Counted from the first letter of the stretch, positions 7,822 through 18,793 are shown. The stretch: DNA of 64,000 bases from an uncultured Thiotrichales bacterium (GCA_964617475.1 CAZTYM010000001.1:35339-99338); one strand, 5' to 3'. Numbers and translations: made by a program. Notes: generated from the letters alone by a model not told the origin.

Positions 7822-9249
7822 GTGTCTTTATCCAGTGCACTGATTATAGAGCAAGACTCTGCACGTCAAGATATTATCCAACATACCTTGCGGTTTGTTG
7901 GTTGTGAGACCGTAGTTGCTGCCGCTGATAGTGAATGGCAAGAACAACTTAACTCGCAAGCTTTTCAGGTGATTCTTATCGGTCCTTCCGTTAGCGAACA
8001 TGCTGCTATTATCGATGAGCTCGATGAGGTTGCTAAGGGTGTGCCCTTACTTTTATTAGCCGATGTTGATGGCGAGCGCAGCCCCAGTCCTGATGTCATG
8101 CGTCGGGTTTTATCTGTAGTTAGCTTCCCTTTAAAGTATGCACAACTCAATGAGGCTTTGTTGCAGACCGAGCTTTTCATCGAAACAAAACAAAAGTCAG
8201 AAGGTAAGCGCGCGCCCGAACTTTTCCGTAGCCTGGTAGGCAACAGTCGTATGATCAGGCAGATTCGTGATCAAATAGACCAAGTGGCCAAAACCGATGC
8301 TAATGTTTTGATACTTGGCGAATCAGGTACCGGTAAAGAGGTGGTTGCTCGTAATCTACACTATCACTCTGCACGTCGAGATAACCCTTTTGTGCCTATC
8401 AACTGTGGTGCTATACCAGGTGATTTGCTGGAAAGCGAATTGTTTGGACACGAAAAAGGTGCCTTTACGGGGGCAATTAGTGCTCGCCGAGGCCGCTTCG
8501 AAATAGCCGAAGGGGGTACCTTATTTCTTGACGAAATTGGCGACATGAGTATGCCCATGCAAGTTAAGCTTTTGCGGGTATTGCAAGAGCGCACATATGA
8601 GCGAGTAGGCAGTAATAAAGTTATGATGGCTGATGTAAGAATTATTGCCGCGACACATCGCAATCTAGAAGAAGCCATTACAGATGGGCGCTTTCGTGAA
8701 GATCTTTATTATCGATTAAACGTATTTCCAATCGAAATGCCACCGTTACGCGAGCGTAAAGACGATATAGCCTTATTGATTAATGAAATTATTACGCGTC
8801 TCGAACATGAGAAACGCGGATCGGTAAGATTGACTCCAGCTGCCGTTATGACACTGACCGAATATCAATGGCCGGGAAATGTCAGAGAGCTGGCTAATCT
8901 AGTCGAAAGACTGATTATCATGCATCCATTTGGTGTAGTTGATGTTGTCGATTTACCAGAAAAATATCGTGTCCACGCCGGCGCTATCTCGGCTGCATCG
9001 CCGTCACCTGTTACTTCAACGGAACAAGATTCTGTCACGGTGGAAGCGGATGAAATGCCACGTTTACCTCGTGATGGAATTGATTTAAAAACGCACCTCA
9101 ATATGCTCGAGCGACATTTAATTCAACAAGCTTTGGAAGACAGTGGTGGCGTGGTTGCCCATGCTGCCAATCGCTTGAAATTACGTCGAACTACCTTGGT
9201 AGAAAAGCTCCGTAAATATGGCTTACAGCGCGCTGAAGAGATGACATAA
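7822..9249 (+). CDS. flrA: Sigma-54-dependent flagellar master regulator FlrA/FleQ
   Basis: It has an N-terminal FleQ-type receiver-like domain with no obvious phospho-Asp. The AAA+ sigma-54 activator domain shows GESGTGKE and GAFTGA. A C-terminal Fis-type HTH is present. It sits upstream of flrBC. Confidence 0.9.
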   Translation: MSLSSALIIEQDSARQDIIQHTLRFVGCETVVAAADSEWQEQLNSQAFQVILIGPSVSEHAAIIDELDEVAKGVPLLLLADVDGERSPSPDVMRRVLSVVSFPLKYAQLNEALLQTELFIETKQKSEGKRAPELFRSLVGNSRMIRQIRDQIDQVAKTDANVLILGESGTGKEVVARNLHYHSARRDNPFVPINCGAIPGDLLESELFGHEKGAFTGAISARRGRFEIAEGGTLFLDEIGDMSMPMQVKLLRVLQERTYERVGSNKVMMADVRIIAATHRNLEEAITDGRFREDLYYRLNVFPIEMPPLRERKDDIALLINEIITRLEHEKRGSVRLTPAAVMTLTEYQWPGNVRELANLVERLIIMHPFGVVDVVDLPEKYRVHAGAISAASPSPVTSTEQDSVTVEADEMPRLPRDGIDLKTHLNMLERHLIQQALEDSGGVVAHAANRLKLRRTTLVEKLRKYGLQRAEEMT

Positions 9250-9318
9250 TATTGACGTCACTATTTTAGCGATTTCGCTAACTCATTGAAATTTAAATAG
9301 AGTTTTTCAAGCCCTTTC

Positions 9319-9335
9319 TGGGCATGCTTCTTGCT
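9319..9335 (+). promoter_or_regulatory. Sigma-54 promoter for flrBC (class II)
   Basis: cTGGGCATGcttcTTGCt gives GG (9321-9322), ten intervening nucleotides and GC (9333-9334). This is a near-perfect match to TGGCACG-N4-TTGCW. Confidence 0.6.
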
Positions 9336-9387
9336 CAATAGCTTTAACAAAGATGTTAAGGACTATTTTAATAATGAGCACAGAAGT

Positions 9388-10488
9388 ATGCGAGCCGAAT
9401 TACTAGATTCGACCACAGCTGCAAATCACCTCGCGATTGGCGCCGGCAACAGTCAAGTACAGGGTGCGTCAGCCACTGCTTACCTAACTGGACTGCTCGA
9501 CGCTTTACCTGCTGGCGTTATTGTGCTCGATGCCAATGGTTATGTAGAACGTAGTAATCTGGTTGCTACGGATTTGTTGGGTGAACCGCTCGTTGGCGAG
9601 CGCTGGTGTGACATCATATTGCGTTGCTTTGAAAGTGGCTCTAGTGACGCTGATTATCTGCGTATAAAAGGCAACCGATACGTCAGTATTGCTACGAAGC
9701 CGCTTGATGGTTTACCCGGGCAAGTTCTTCTGATCTCCGATGTAACTGAAAAATATCGTTTGCAAGATCGTTTGCGTTGTTACAAACGTTTATCAACGAT
9801 GGGGGAAGTAGCCGCTTCCTTAGCGCATCAAATACGCACACCACTAGCGTCAGCATTACTCTACGCAACAAACCTACAATCATCCAACCATGATGCCACT
9901 ATTAGACAATCATTTACCGACAAAATCGTTTCACGTCTCAATCATCTAGAAAATTTAGTTAATAGTTTACTGATGTTCGCCGGTAAAGGTCGCTTTACCG
10001 TTAATCACATAGCAGTAGAAAAACTCTATCAGGAGTTAGTCGTAAGTTTGGATACGCTGAGCTCGAATAGCCAATGCCAAATTAACCATTTCAGCCACTG
10101 CCAAGATGATGTGATTATGGGAAATCAATCTGCTCTATTAAGTGCAATTCAAAATATTGTGACTAATGCAGTACAAATATGTGGTGATAGTGGTGAGATA
10201 TCGATTTCATTTGACATAGAAGTATCTTCAAAGAAAGAGAAAATAATTGTTATCCGAATCAAAGATAACGGGCCTGGTATTAGTAAGGAGGCAATGGATG
10301 AGATATTTAAACCTTTTTATACCACGCGTAAAAATGGTACCGGACTTGGTTTGGCCGTTGTAGCGGAAGTGATTAAAGCGCATAGCGGTAGTGTCCAAGT
10401 CGAATCAGAATTAGAGCAAGGAGCGGAGTTCATTATACGTCTGCCCTCCGTAGCAGTTTTTCAATCAGAAGTTAATGAAGCGATATAG
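9388..10488 (+). CDS. flrB: Flagellar sensor histidine kinase FlrB/FleS (PAS-HisKA-HATPase)
   Basis: A PAS-like N-terminus is followed by an H-box (EVAASLAHQIRTPL) and HATPase G-boxes (IKDNGPGI, GTGLGL). The annotated start is moved to the ATG at 9388, because the TTG at 9331 lies inside the sigma-54 promoter. Confidence 0.85.
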   Translation: MRAELLDSTTAANHLAIGAGNSQVQGASATAYLTGLLDALPAGVIVLDANGYVERSNLVATDLLGEPLVGERWCDIILRCFESGSSDADYLRIKGNRYVSIATKPLDGLPGQVLLISDVTEKYRLQDRLRCYKRLSTMGEVAASLAHQIRTPLASALLYATNLQSSNHDATIRQSFTDKIVSRLNHLENLVNSLLMFAGKGRFTVNHIAVEKLYQELVVSLDTLSSNSQCQINHFSHCQDDVIMGNQSALLSAIQNIVTNAVQICGDSGEISISFDIEVSSKKEKIIVIRIKDNGPGISKEAMDEIFKPFYTTRKNGTGLGLAVVAEVIKAHSGSVQVESELEQGAEFIIRLPSVAVFQSEVNEAI

Positions 10489-10497
10489 GGGATCGGT

Positions 10498-11856
10498 ATG
10501 AACCAGTCAACCGTGTTAGTAGTAGAAGATGATAGTGATCTAAGAGAAGCATTATGCGACACCTTGAAGCTTGCTGGGTATGAAGTAGAAGCAGCTTGGG
10601 ATGGTCGTTCAGCGCTCGAGATTATTAATCAACGTAAAGACGAACTTGGTCTTATAGTTAGTGATATTCAAATGAAGCCCATGGATGGTGTTTCTCTGCT
10701 CAAGCGAGTTAAGCGTGTATGCGCTGATCTGCCAGTATTGCTTATGACAGCCTATGGCACCATTGAACAGGCAGTAGCGACTTTGAGAGAAGGCGCAGCT
10801 GATTATATGGTGAAACCATTTGAGGCAAAAGTTTTAGTCAATATGGTTAGCCGCTATATCGCGCAGCAAAATGAAGCGTCTAATCTTATTGCAGCTGCGC
10901 CTTCAAGTAAGCGCTTAGCAACTTTAGCTCGTCGCGTTGCTGTTAGTGATGCAACTGTACTCATTAGCGGTGAAAGTGGGACGGGTAAAGAAGTGATGGC
11001 ACGCTATATCCATGAGCACTCAAATCGGGCAAAAAGTAATTTTGTCGCGATCAACTGTGCCGCCATTCCAGACAATATGTTGGAAGCTACGTTGTTTGGC
11101 TATGAAAAGGGAGCTTTTACCGGTGCTTATAATGCCTCACCTGGCAAGTTTGAACAATCTCAAGGCGGAACATTACTCCTCGATGAAATCTCGGAAATGA
11201 ATTTGGCCTTGCAAGCTAAATTACTTCGTGTGCTGCAAGAGCGCGAAGTTGAGCGTTTGGGTGGTAATAAATTAATAGAGTTAGATGTAAGAGTACTAGC
11301 GACCACAAATAGAAATCTGGCATCTGAAGTGAAATCCCAGCGTTTTCGTGAAGATTTATTTTACCGCCTAAATGTATTCCCTTTACAAATCGCGTCATTA
11401 CGCGAGAGAAGAGAAGATATTATTCCACTAGCAGAGAGTTTTATAGAGAGAGTAGCTTTAGAGCAAGGTCAGCCCATACCACAGCTAACAGAAAAAGCAC
11501 AATCACGCTTAGTGGAGTACGCGTGGCCTGGCAATGTCAGGGAATTAGATAACGTCATTCAAAGAGCTATGATTTTACAAATGGGCGATGAAATCGAAGA
11601 AGACGATTTGCAGTTGGCAGCGTTTAATGGTTTTGAAACAAGTATTAGCAATGTCGAACAAACACATATCGATGCTGAGAGTTTAGCTAGCGATATGATG
11701 GAGCATGAGCATAGTTTAATCCTGCAAGCGCTAAAGGATGGTAATCGCAAACAAGCTGCGGAAAAACTGGGAATCAGCCAGCGAACTTTGCGCTACAAGC
11801 TTGCGAAGATGCGTGATGCTGGCATCGATATTCCAAGACGCGGCGCCATTGCCTAA
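10498..11856 (+). CDS. flrC: Sigma-54-dependent response regulator FlrC/FleR
   Basis: A REC domain (VVEDDSDLR...D in IVSDIQMKPMDG) is followed by an AAA+ sigma-54 activator domain (GESGTGKE, GAFTGA) and a C-terminal HTH. Confidence 0.9.
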   Translation: MNQSTVLVVEDDSDLREALCDTLKLAGYEVEAAWDGRSALEIINQRKDELGLIVSDIQMKPMDGVSLLKRVKRVCADLPVLLMTAYGTIEQAVATLREGAADYMVKPFEAKVLVNMVSRYIAQQNEASNLIAAAPSSKRLATLARRVAVSDATVLISGESGTGKEVMARYIHEHSNRAKSNFVAINCAAIPDNMLEATLFGYEKGAFTGAYNASPGKFEQSQGGTLLLDEISEMNLALQAKLLRVLQEREVERLGGNKLIELDVRVLATTNRNLASEVKSQRFREDLFYRLNVFPLQIASLRERREDIIPLAESFIERVALEQGQPIPQLTEKAQSRLVEYAWPGNVRELDNVIQRAMILQMGDEIEEDDLQLAAFNGFETSISNVEQTHIDAESLASDMMEHEHSLILQALKDGNRKQAAEKLGISQRTLRYKLAKMRDAGIDIPRRGAIA

Positions 11857-11887
11857 TGGTAATTAACAAGATTATAGGAGAAAAGTA

Positions 11888-12208
11888 ATGAATGATGTTG
11901 ATGTGACTCAATTAATTCGAGAAATGCGTTCATTGAATTCACAGGCACAAGGTGCGCCTGTGCAGCCCTCAGCAGAAGCAGGCGGAGTAAGTTTCAGTTC
12001 TCTTTTTGCAGAGGCTATTAACAGTGTTAATGATGTGCAAAAACAATCAGGTGCTCTAGCCAGAGCTTTTGAGCAAGGTGATCCAACGGTTGCTTTAAGT
12101 GATGTCATGGTGGCATCTCAAAAATCGAGTGTTGCTTTTGAGGCAGTGGTGCAGGTGAGAAATCGATTAGTTGAGTCTTATCAAGCAATCATGAGAATGC
12201 CTATATAA
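11888..12208 (+). CDS. fliE: Flagellar hook-basal body protein FliE
   Basis: It is 106 aa with a FliE-type C-terminus (VQVRNRLVESYQAIMRMPI). Confidence 0.85.
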   Translation: MNDVDVTQLIREMRSLNSQAQGAPVQPSAEAGGVSFSSLFAEAINSVNDVQKQSGALARAFEQGDPTVALSDVMVASQKSSVAFEAVVQVRNRLVESYQAIMRMPI

Positions 12209-12225
12209 ATATAGAGATAGTATAA

Positions 12226-13905
12226 ATGGCATTAGTCAATACAGAAAAACTAGCGTTACAGTCACAAGGCTTTAATGCGTTACCCTTTTTAAGACAAATA
12301 GGCTTAATGGTCGGTCTTGCTGCCAGTGTTGCCATTGGGGTATGGGTGGTCATGTGGGCACAGGAGCCTAGCTATCGTGTGTTATATGGTAGTTTGAGCG
12401 AATCGGATAGCGCGGCTGTTTCAGCGGAATTAGCAAAATCAAATATTCCTTATAAAATTTCAAATAGTAATGGGGCTATTCTCGTTCCTGCTGGTGATTT
12501 ACATAATGCGAGGTTAAAGCTCGCAGCGATAGGTTTGCCCAATAGTAGTAATTCTGGTTATGAAATTCTTGAGAAAGATCAAGGTTTCGGTACCAGTCAG
12601 TTTTTAGAGAGTGCTCGTTACCAAAGGGCGATAGAAGGGGAGCTATCTCGAACCATTGCGGCGATGAGTAATGTGCAAACGGCACGTGTGCATCTTGCCG
12701 TTCCAAAACAATCAGCATTTGTTAGAAACCGTAAAAAACCCAGCGCATCGGTATTTGTTCATTTGCACCCAGGGCAAAAAATTCAAGAAGGTCAAGCTGG
12801 TGCTATTGCACACTTGGTTTCCTCCAGTGTGCCTGATTTAAATATAGAAGATGTCACGGTTGTTGATCAGCGAGGGCGCTTACTATCAAGTAATAGCGCT
12901 GATGAAAATGTACAAATGGGGTCAACCCAATTTGAGTACCGACGTAAGCTGGAAAATCATTATATACAACGCATCGAGGATATATTGACACCTATATTGG
13001 GGTTAGGTGCAGTTAAAGCACAGGTTGTTGCTGAATTGGATTTTACTTATCGAGAAGAAACAGCTGAAACATATAATCCTGATGGCGCGGCGGTTAGAAG
13101 TGAAGTTGTCAGTGAAGATGAATCCAGGAATGGTGGAGACTTAGCAGGTGGTATTCCTGGAGCGCTTGCTAATCAACCTCCTGTAGAACCTGTTGAAGCC
13201 GATGATGAGGCCGAGACGCTTAACTCTAGCCGACGTTCAACACGTAATTTTGAGCTTGATAGAACGGTCAGCCGTACTCGACTTGCAAGCGGTACTGTTC
13301 AAAAACTATCAGCAGCAGTAGTGCTTGATGATCGTCAAAGCATAGCCGAGGATGGCACAGTTACACGAACTGCGTTAACCGAAGATGAGATTCTTCGTTA
13401 TACGGCTTTAGTGCAGGAGGCAATCGGCTTTGACGCGGAGCGTGGTGATAAAGTGAGTGTCATTAACGCTTCTTTTTCAGTGCCTGAGGCAGTTGAAGAA
13501 ATTGAGGGACCACCTATTTGGGAACAAGCCTGGTTTGCAAGCACCTTGAAACAAGTTGCTGCCGGTATTGGTGTACTCATTCTTATCTTTGGTGTGTTAA
13601 AGCCCATTCTTAAAGACTTGGCGAATAAAGGTACGACACTTACCGTAGCGGAACTGCCTGATCAAGCGATTCCACAATTAGACGAAGACGGAAATCCAAT
13701 TGCCGCGTTACCACCCGGGCAGGTTGACGAGAACGGTATTCCTGTTGAGGGCGCAGCGGCTCTAGCTGCGCCAAACGGTATGCCTGCCTTACCAGGGAAT
13801 AATTTGGCCTATGAAACACATTTGACTCAAGCAAAAGCGATGGTTGGTGAAGATCCTAAAGTAGTCGCCCAAGTTGTGAGAAATTGGGTGAATACAGATG
13901 GCTGA
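12226..13905 (+). CDS. fliF: Flagellar MS-ring protein FliF
   Basis: It is 559 aa with two transmembrane segments flanking a periplasmic ring domain. It follows fliE. Confidence 0.9.
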   Translation: MALVNTEKLALQSQGFNALPFLRQIGLMVGLAASVAIGVWVVMWAQEPSYRVLYGSLSESDSAAVSAELAKSNIPYKISNSNGAILVPAGDLHNARLKLAAIGLPNSSNSGYEILEKDQGFGTSQFLESARYQRAIEGELSRTIAAMSNVQTARVHLAVPKQSAFVRNRKKPSASVFVHLHPGQKIQEGQAGAIAHLVSSSVPDLNIEDVTVVDQRGRLLSSNSADENVQMGSTQFEYRRKLENHYIQRIEDILTPILGLGAVKAQVVAELDFTYREETAETYNPDGAAVRSEVVSEDESRNGGDLAGGIPGALANQPPVEPVEADDEAETLNSSRRSTRNFELDRTVSRTRLASGTVQKLSAAVVLDDRQSIAEDGTVTRTALTEDEILRYTALVQEAIGFDAERGDKVSVINASFSVPEAVEEIEGPPIWEQAWFASTLKQVAAGIGVLILIFGVLKPILKDLANKGTTLTVAELPDQAIPQLDEDGNPIAALPPGQVDENGIPVEGAAALAAPNGMPALPGNNLAYETHLTQAKAMVGEDPKVVAQVVRNWVNTDG

Positions 13906-14920
13906 TAAAGAACAGGTTATAGATCTTAAGCTAGGAACAAATAAAGCTGCGGTGCTACTACTGACGCTAGGTGAAGAAGATGCTGCGGAAATTCTCAAAC
14001 ACATGGGCCCCAAAGAAGTTCAAAAGGTTGGTGGCGCTATGGCAACTTTGTCTAATATTACCAAGGATCAAGTAGACGAAGTACTTAATGAATTCATTAC
14101 CATAGTCGGAGGTCAGACATCTTTAGGGGTTGGTGCTGACGACTATATACGTAAAACCATGATTAATGCACTTGGCGAAGATAAGGCCGGTGCATTGATG
14201 GACAGAATTCTATTAGGTGGATCAGCTAGCGGCTTAGAACAATTAAAATGGTTAGATTCTCGTGGCATTGCCGAGATGATCCGATTAGAGCATCCACAGA
14301 TTATAGCCATAGTTTTGTCATATCTGGAGTCAGATCAAGCAGCTGAGGTATTGCAGTTGCTGCCAGAAAATATGCGTTCAAATCTCATGTTGCGTGTTGC
14401 TACTTTGGAAACTGTCCAACCTTCGGCTATTCATGAGCTTAATGTCATTATGGAAAAACAGTTTGCCGGTGGCAATAACGTACAGTCAACCGGCTTTGGT
14501 GGATTAAAAGTGGCCGCTGATATTTTGAACTATCTTGATGGGTCAGTAGAAGAAAAGGTAATGGAATCCATTAAGAAAACAGATGAGGATATGGCAACAC
14601 AAATCGAAGACCTGATGTTTGTCTTCGACAATATCATTGATGTTGATGATAGAGGTATGCAGGCATTGCTGCGTGAAGTTTCTACTGATGCATTAGTACT
14701 GGCACTAAAAGGTTGTAATGCTGAGCTTAAAGAGAAGTTTATTGCCAATATGTCTAAACGTGCAGCTGAGATGTTGGTAGAGGATCTTGAAACCCGCGGT
14801 CCGGTTAAACTTAGCGAGGTCGAAGGCGCACAGAAAGAGATCTTGGCAATTGTACGTCGTATGTCAGAATCTGGAGAAATTATTCTAGGCGGTGGTGGTG
14901 GTGGCGAAGAGTACATCTAA
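13898..14920 (+). CDS. fliG: Flagellar motor switch protein FliG
   Basis: FliG middle and C-terminal motifs are present. It overlaps the fliF stop. The C-terminus has an unusual GGGGGG run. Confidence 0.9.
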   Translation: MADKEQVIDLKLGTNKAAVLLLTLGEEDAAEILKHMGPKEVQKVGGAMATLSNITKDQVDEVLNEFITIVGGQTSLGVGADDYIRKTMINALGEDKAGALMDRILLGGSASGLEQLKWLDSRGIAEMIRLEHPQIIAIVLSYLESDQAAEVLQLLPENMRSNLMLRVATLETVQPSAIHELNVIMEKQFAGGNNVQSTGFGGLKVAADILNYLDGSVEEKVMESIKKTDEDMATQIEDLMFVFDNIIDVDDRGMQALLREVSTDALVLALKGCNAELKEKFIANMSKRAAEMLVEDLETRGPVKLSEVEGAQKEILAIVRRMSESGEIILGGGGGGEEYI

Positions 14921-15521
14921 TACAGCAATTATCAATTCAGATTGTCAGCCACTTGCGTTTCCACAAATGGAGGGTAATGCTGTTGCCGCAAATACAAACC
15001 GTGGTTCAGACCGACGACAGCAAGAAGACGCATATAAGGCAGGTTTCGCAAAAGGTCTAAGTGATGGCATGGCATCAGCGCAACACGAAGTAAATCAGCG
15101 TTTGGCTATGCTTGATGAAGCAATGAGATTTATATCCAACCCGATTGAAGCAGTGGATGAGCAAGTGGAGCAAGAGCTAGCCACACTGGCAATCGATATT
15201 GCAAAGCAAATTATTCGTCGTGAGATAAAGCTTGATTCAGGACATGTTGTTGCTGTTGTGCGTGAAGCCATTGCGAGTTTACCCATTGCCTCAGACTCCG
15301 TGAATGTACACCTTAACCCTGAAGATGCGGCTTATGTAAAAGATGCTTTGTCATTAGGTGATACAGGAAATAGTTGCAAAATCATAGAAGATCCAGTTAT
15401 TAGCATTGGCGGTTGTCGAATTTCCTCACAAACATCACAAGTTGATGCGACTATAGAAAAGCAAGTGGCTGCTATTTCAGCGCGTATATTTGGTGGGGAG
15501 CGAGATGCAGACAGCGACTAA
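14892..15521 (+). CDS. fliH: Flagellar assembly protein FliH (start uncertain: GTG at 14892 or ATG at 14967)
   Basis: Its position between fliG and fliI and a FliH-like C-terminal region support the call. It is short for the family. Confidence 0.7.
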   Translation: MVVVAKSTSNTAIINSDCQPLAFPQMEGNAVAANTNRGSDRRQQEDAYKAGFAKGLSDGMASAQHEVNQRLAMLDEAMRFISNPIEAVDEQVEQELATLAIDIAKQIIRREIKLDSGHVVAVVREAIASLPIASDSVNVHLNPEDAAYVKDALSLGDTGNSCKIIEDPVISIGGCRISSQTSQVDATIEKQVAAISARIFGGERDADSD

Positions 15522-16881
15522 CACCTTTCATAGTCAGCGATGGCAGCAGTTTCTTGCTGCACGTCGAGGAAACTTGCGAGAGCGAGAGCCTTTCATTGTC
15601 GAAGGAAAGCTAACTAGAATGGTAGGCCTAACCATTGAAGCAGTGGGATGTCAAGCACCGGTAGGCGGAAGATGTGTCATTCAGGGAGCGGCTAATCATC
15701 ATATTGAAGCGGAAGTAGTTGGCTTCTCTGGTGACCGTACCTACCTAATGCCAACTGGTGACATTCGTGGCCTTGTGCCTAACTCAAGAGTTATACCTAC
15801 AGGTCGGATTTACGACGCCGCTGTCGGAGACGATATGCTAGGCCGTGTTATTAGTGGCGTAGGTAAGCCACTTGATGGTCGTGGACCTGTAGCCACTACG
15901 CATCGAGTTCCGCTAACTGGAGGGGTTAAAAATCCATTATCAAGAATGCCGATTAGAGATGTGCTTGATGTCGGCGTACGAGCAATTAATGGTTTGCTCA
16001 CAGTTGGTCGTGGTCAACGTTTAGGTTTGTTTGCCGGAAGTGGTGTGGGTAAAAGTGTGTTGTTAGGCATGATGACACGCTATACCAATGCTGATGTGAT
16101 TGTCGTCGCACTAGTCGGTGAGCGTGGTCGCGAAGTAAAAGAATTTGTTGAGGACACGCTTGGTGAAGAAGGTTTAGCGAGGTCTGTTGTAGTAGCAACT
16201 CCAGCTGACGATCCGCCATTGCTGCGTATGCACGGTGCAATGTTAGCTACCAGTATTGCCGAGCATTATCGTGATCAAGGCAAGCATGTTTTATTGTTAA
16301 TGGATTCTTTGACTCGTTTTGCTCAAGCACAGCGAGAAATTGCATTGGCTATTGGTGAGCCTCCAGCAACCAAAGGTTATCCGCCCTCCGCATTTGCCAA
16401 ATTACCTGCACTGGTTGAAAGAGCCGGCAATGGTGGTGAAAAAGGCGGTTCTATTACTGGTTTATATACTGTACTGGCCGAAGGTGATGATCAGCAAGAT
16501 CCTATTGTCGATGCAGCAAGAGCTATTTTAGATGGACATATTGTCTTATCGAGAAAAATGGCTGATAGCGGTTGTTACCCTGCTATTGATGTAGAAGCAT
16601 CGATTAGCCGTACTAAAAAACAAATTACGACTTCACAGCATCAATCAATGGCAATGCGTTTTCGTGAGCTTTATTCACTGTATCAGCAGAACCGAGATTT
16701 GATTAGCGTCGGGGCCTATACGCCAGGAACAGACCCAGAACTTGATCTTGCGGTAAACCTCTATCCTCAAGTTTTGAATTTTATAAAACAAGATATCAAT
16801 CAACATGTTGGTTTTGAAGAGAGCACGGCGCATCTGAGCAGTATCTTTGCAAGCCAGCAGCAAGCACAAGGAGATAAATAA
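15505..16881 (+). CDS. fliI: Flagellum-specific ATPase FliI
   Basis: It has a Walker A (GSGVGKS) and F1/T3SS ATPase-family motifs. The ATG at 15505 has a GGGGAG RBS. The ORF track begins at an in-frame TTG at 15490. Confidence 0.9.
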   Translation: MQTATNTFHSQRWQQFLAARRGNLREREPFIVEGKLTRMVGLTIEAVGCQAPVGGRCVIQGAANHHIEAEVVGFSGDRTYLMPTGDIRGLVPNSRVIPTGRIYDAAVGDDMLGRVISGVGKPLDGRGPVATTHRVPLTGGVKNPLSRMPIRDVLDVGVRAINGLLTVGRGQRLGLFAGSGVGKSVLLGMMTRYTNADVIVVALVGERGREVKEFVEDTLGEEGLARSVVVATPADDPPLLRMHGAMLATSIAEHYRDQGKHVLLLMDSLTRFAQAQREIALAIGEPPATKGYPPSAFAKLPALVERAGNGGEKGGSITGLYTVLAEGDDQQDPIVDAARAILDGHIVLSRKMADSGCYPAIDVEASISRTKKQITTSQHQSMAMRFRELYSLYQQNRDLISVGAYTPGTDPELDLAVNLYPQVLNFIKQDINQHVGFEESTAHLSSIFASQQQAQGDK

Positions 16882-17333
16882 TGACGCGCTCTGAAAGATT
16901 GCGCCCTGTGGCAGATATGAAGCAAAGAGAACAAATTAATTCTGCTAGAGTATTAAGTGCATCGATAGAAGAACTTAAAAAGCAGCAAGAAAGGCTTGCT
17001 GAATTGCAACATTATCGAGACGAATACCTGAACAAGTATCGGCGTATGAGTAACGAAGGCGCGAGCATAGAACGAATCCGCCATTATCAGGACTTTATTT
17101 CCAGATTAGATCAATCATTAGTAGTACAAGAACAGAAGGTTATTGATACCAAACGGCAGCTTGAAGAAAAGAAGGTCGGTTGGAAGCAAGCGAGAGCACG
17201 TTCCGATGCCTTTGATAAAGTAGTCGACCGTTATCGTGAAGAAGAAAGTCAGCAAAAAGAACAGCGTTTACAAAAAGAAGTCGATGATCAAGCGCTACGA
17301 AATAGTGTGAACAAGGATGATTCTCACCACTAA
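16881..17333 (+). CDS. fliJ: Flagellar export protein FliJ
   Basis: It is a 150-aa coiled-coil protein that is start-stop coupled to fliI. Confidence 0.75.
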   Translation: MTRSERLRPVADMKQREQINSARVLSASIEELKKQQERLAELQHYRDEYLNKYRRMSNEGASIERIRHYQDFISRLDQSLVVQEQKVIDTKRQLEEKKVGWKQARARSDAFDKVVDRYREEESQQKEQRLQKEVDDQALRNSVNKDDSHH

Positions 17334-17361
17334 GTAAACGTAAATACGACAGGTCTGGCAA

Positions 17362-17377
17362 TGGCATACAACTTGCC
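17362..17377 (+). promoter_or_regulatory. Sigma-54 promoter for fliK
   Basis: aTGGCATacaacTTGCc gives GG (17363-17364), ten intervening nucleotides and GC (17375-17376). It lies about 45 nt upstream of fliK. Confidence 0.6.
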
Positions 17378-17419
17378 ATTAATCATCTGAAGCAGTGAAA
17401 CAGGTGACTAGGAGAGGCC

Positions 17420-18793
17420 ATGTCTGTTCAATCAAGTGTAAACTTAACGAATTTAGTGCCTGGCGCGAGAGCGGCTGGAGCGGATAGCTCTAATCCTCGA
17501 GCTGCCAATTTAAGTGAAGAAAATCAATTATTTAGCGGTGTATTGGATTATGCGTTGGACAGTGAATCCTCTACTAACACAGCAACAGCTGCAAATATAG
17601 AAGAAGCAAATGTAGGGTTTGTTGGCCCGCACCTTCCTGATAATTCGGCAGCGGGTTTTCAGACTGAGGCAAATGTCAGTGAGCTAGAAGGCAATCTTTT
17701 GCCGATATTATCTGGTGAAGCTGGTGGCTTCAATTCACTTAGGCAAGGGTTCTCACTATCAAGTGGTGTGACCATCAACACTAATCTTGAATCGCTTACC
17801 AGCACCAATACAGTGTTAGAGCAGCTACGAGGTTTGTTAACGAGTGCGAACCCAGTTGCTGATTCGGAGGGACTAAGAGAACTACGTTCTCGGATAGTTT
17901 CACTATTAGATACTCATCTCGGTCAGCAAGCAGCTAATAATCGAGTGAATGCAGAACAAGCCATTGCCAATCCAGTCTTGAGTGATACGTCGCAGAATAG
18001 TTTACGCCAAGAACTTAGCGCGACGCTAAATAATATACGCTCAGTACTCGGTGAATACTTAGATAGAGCAGATTTAAGTCGAACAGAGGGTACAAGAAGG
18101 TTGGACTTACAAGAACTTAGTCCTAATTTGTTTGATAGCTTGCAAAGGCGTAGCCTGAATATAGAAAATTTGTTGTCATCACTGACAGCGAGTAATTCAC
18201 AAAGTACTGCGCAGAATAGTGTTAATCAAACTATTAATCCAATACTCACTCAGATTACCAGTTTGATCACGTCATCTGGTGCCGTGACGCAACCGCTTAT
18301 TAATCCAGTTGTAGATAGTGTATCGCTGCAGCCTTCTAATCCTGCACAAACACAGGTTGCTGCCCCCTTAGGCAGTCCACAATTTTCTGATGAACTTGGC
18401 CAGAAAATTCGTTGGTTAGTTGGACAAAATTTTAATGCTGCACAAATCAGGCTAAATCCAGCAGAGCTAGGTCCAGTAGATGTCCGTGTTAATGTATCGG
18501 GTGACCAGGTCAGTGTGGCATTTAATTCACAATTTGGTGTAGTGCGTGATGCCATTGAATCGGCTTTACCAAAATTGCGTGAATTATTGGAAAACCAAGG
18601 TTTGAACTTGGCGAATGCAGATATTAGCAACGGTGAAAATACGGCGCAACAAAGTGATAGAGATAATCTAGCTAATACAGCAAGCTCGACAAACGAAACT
18701 ATTGTAGACAATAGTAGCCAGTTGTTGTCAGGCAACCAAGAGGAAATTCTTATAGATGCTACTTCCTCTAATCTCGTCGATCACTTTGTTTAG
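17420..18793 (+). CDS. fliK: Flagellar hook-length control protein FliK
   Basis: The N-terminus is Ser/Thr/Asn/Gln-rich and disordered. A C-terminal Flg_hook domain is present (LNPAELGPVDVRVNVSGDQVSVAFNS). Confidence 0.85.
   Translation: MSVQSSVNLTNLVPGARAAGADSSNPRAANLSEENQLFSGVLDYALDSESSTNTATAANIEEANVGFVGPHLPDNSAAGFQTEANVSELEGNLLPILSGEAGGFNSLRQGFSLSSGVTINTNLESLTSTNTVLEQLRGLLTSANPVADSEGLRELRSRIVSLLDTHLGQQAANNRVNAEQAIANPVLSDTSQNSLRQELSATLNNIRSVLGEYLDRADLSRTEGTRRLDLQELSPNLFDSLQRRSLNIENLLSSLTASNSQSTAQNSVNQTINPILTQITSLITSSGAVTQPLINPVVDSVSLQPSNPAQTQVAAPLGSPQFSDELGQKIRWLVGQNFNAAQIRLNPAELGPVDVRVNVSGDQVSVAFNSQFGVVRDAIESALPKLRELLENQGLNLANADISNGENTAQQSDRDNLANTASSTNETIVDNSSQLLSGNQEEILIDATSSNLVDHFV

Noticed and set aside
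14880-14892. Apparent frameshift at the fliG C-terminus when translating the printed text
   Set aside because: The printed line starting at 14881 contains only 59 characters. The supplied ORF track, computed from the true sequence, translates fliG cleanly to ...[14 protein letters not shown]. This is a display artefact, not a pseudogene.
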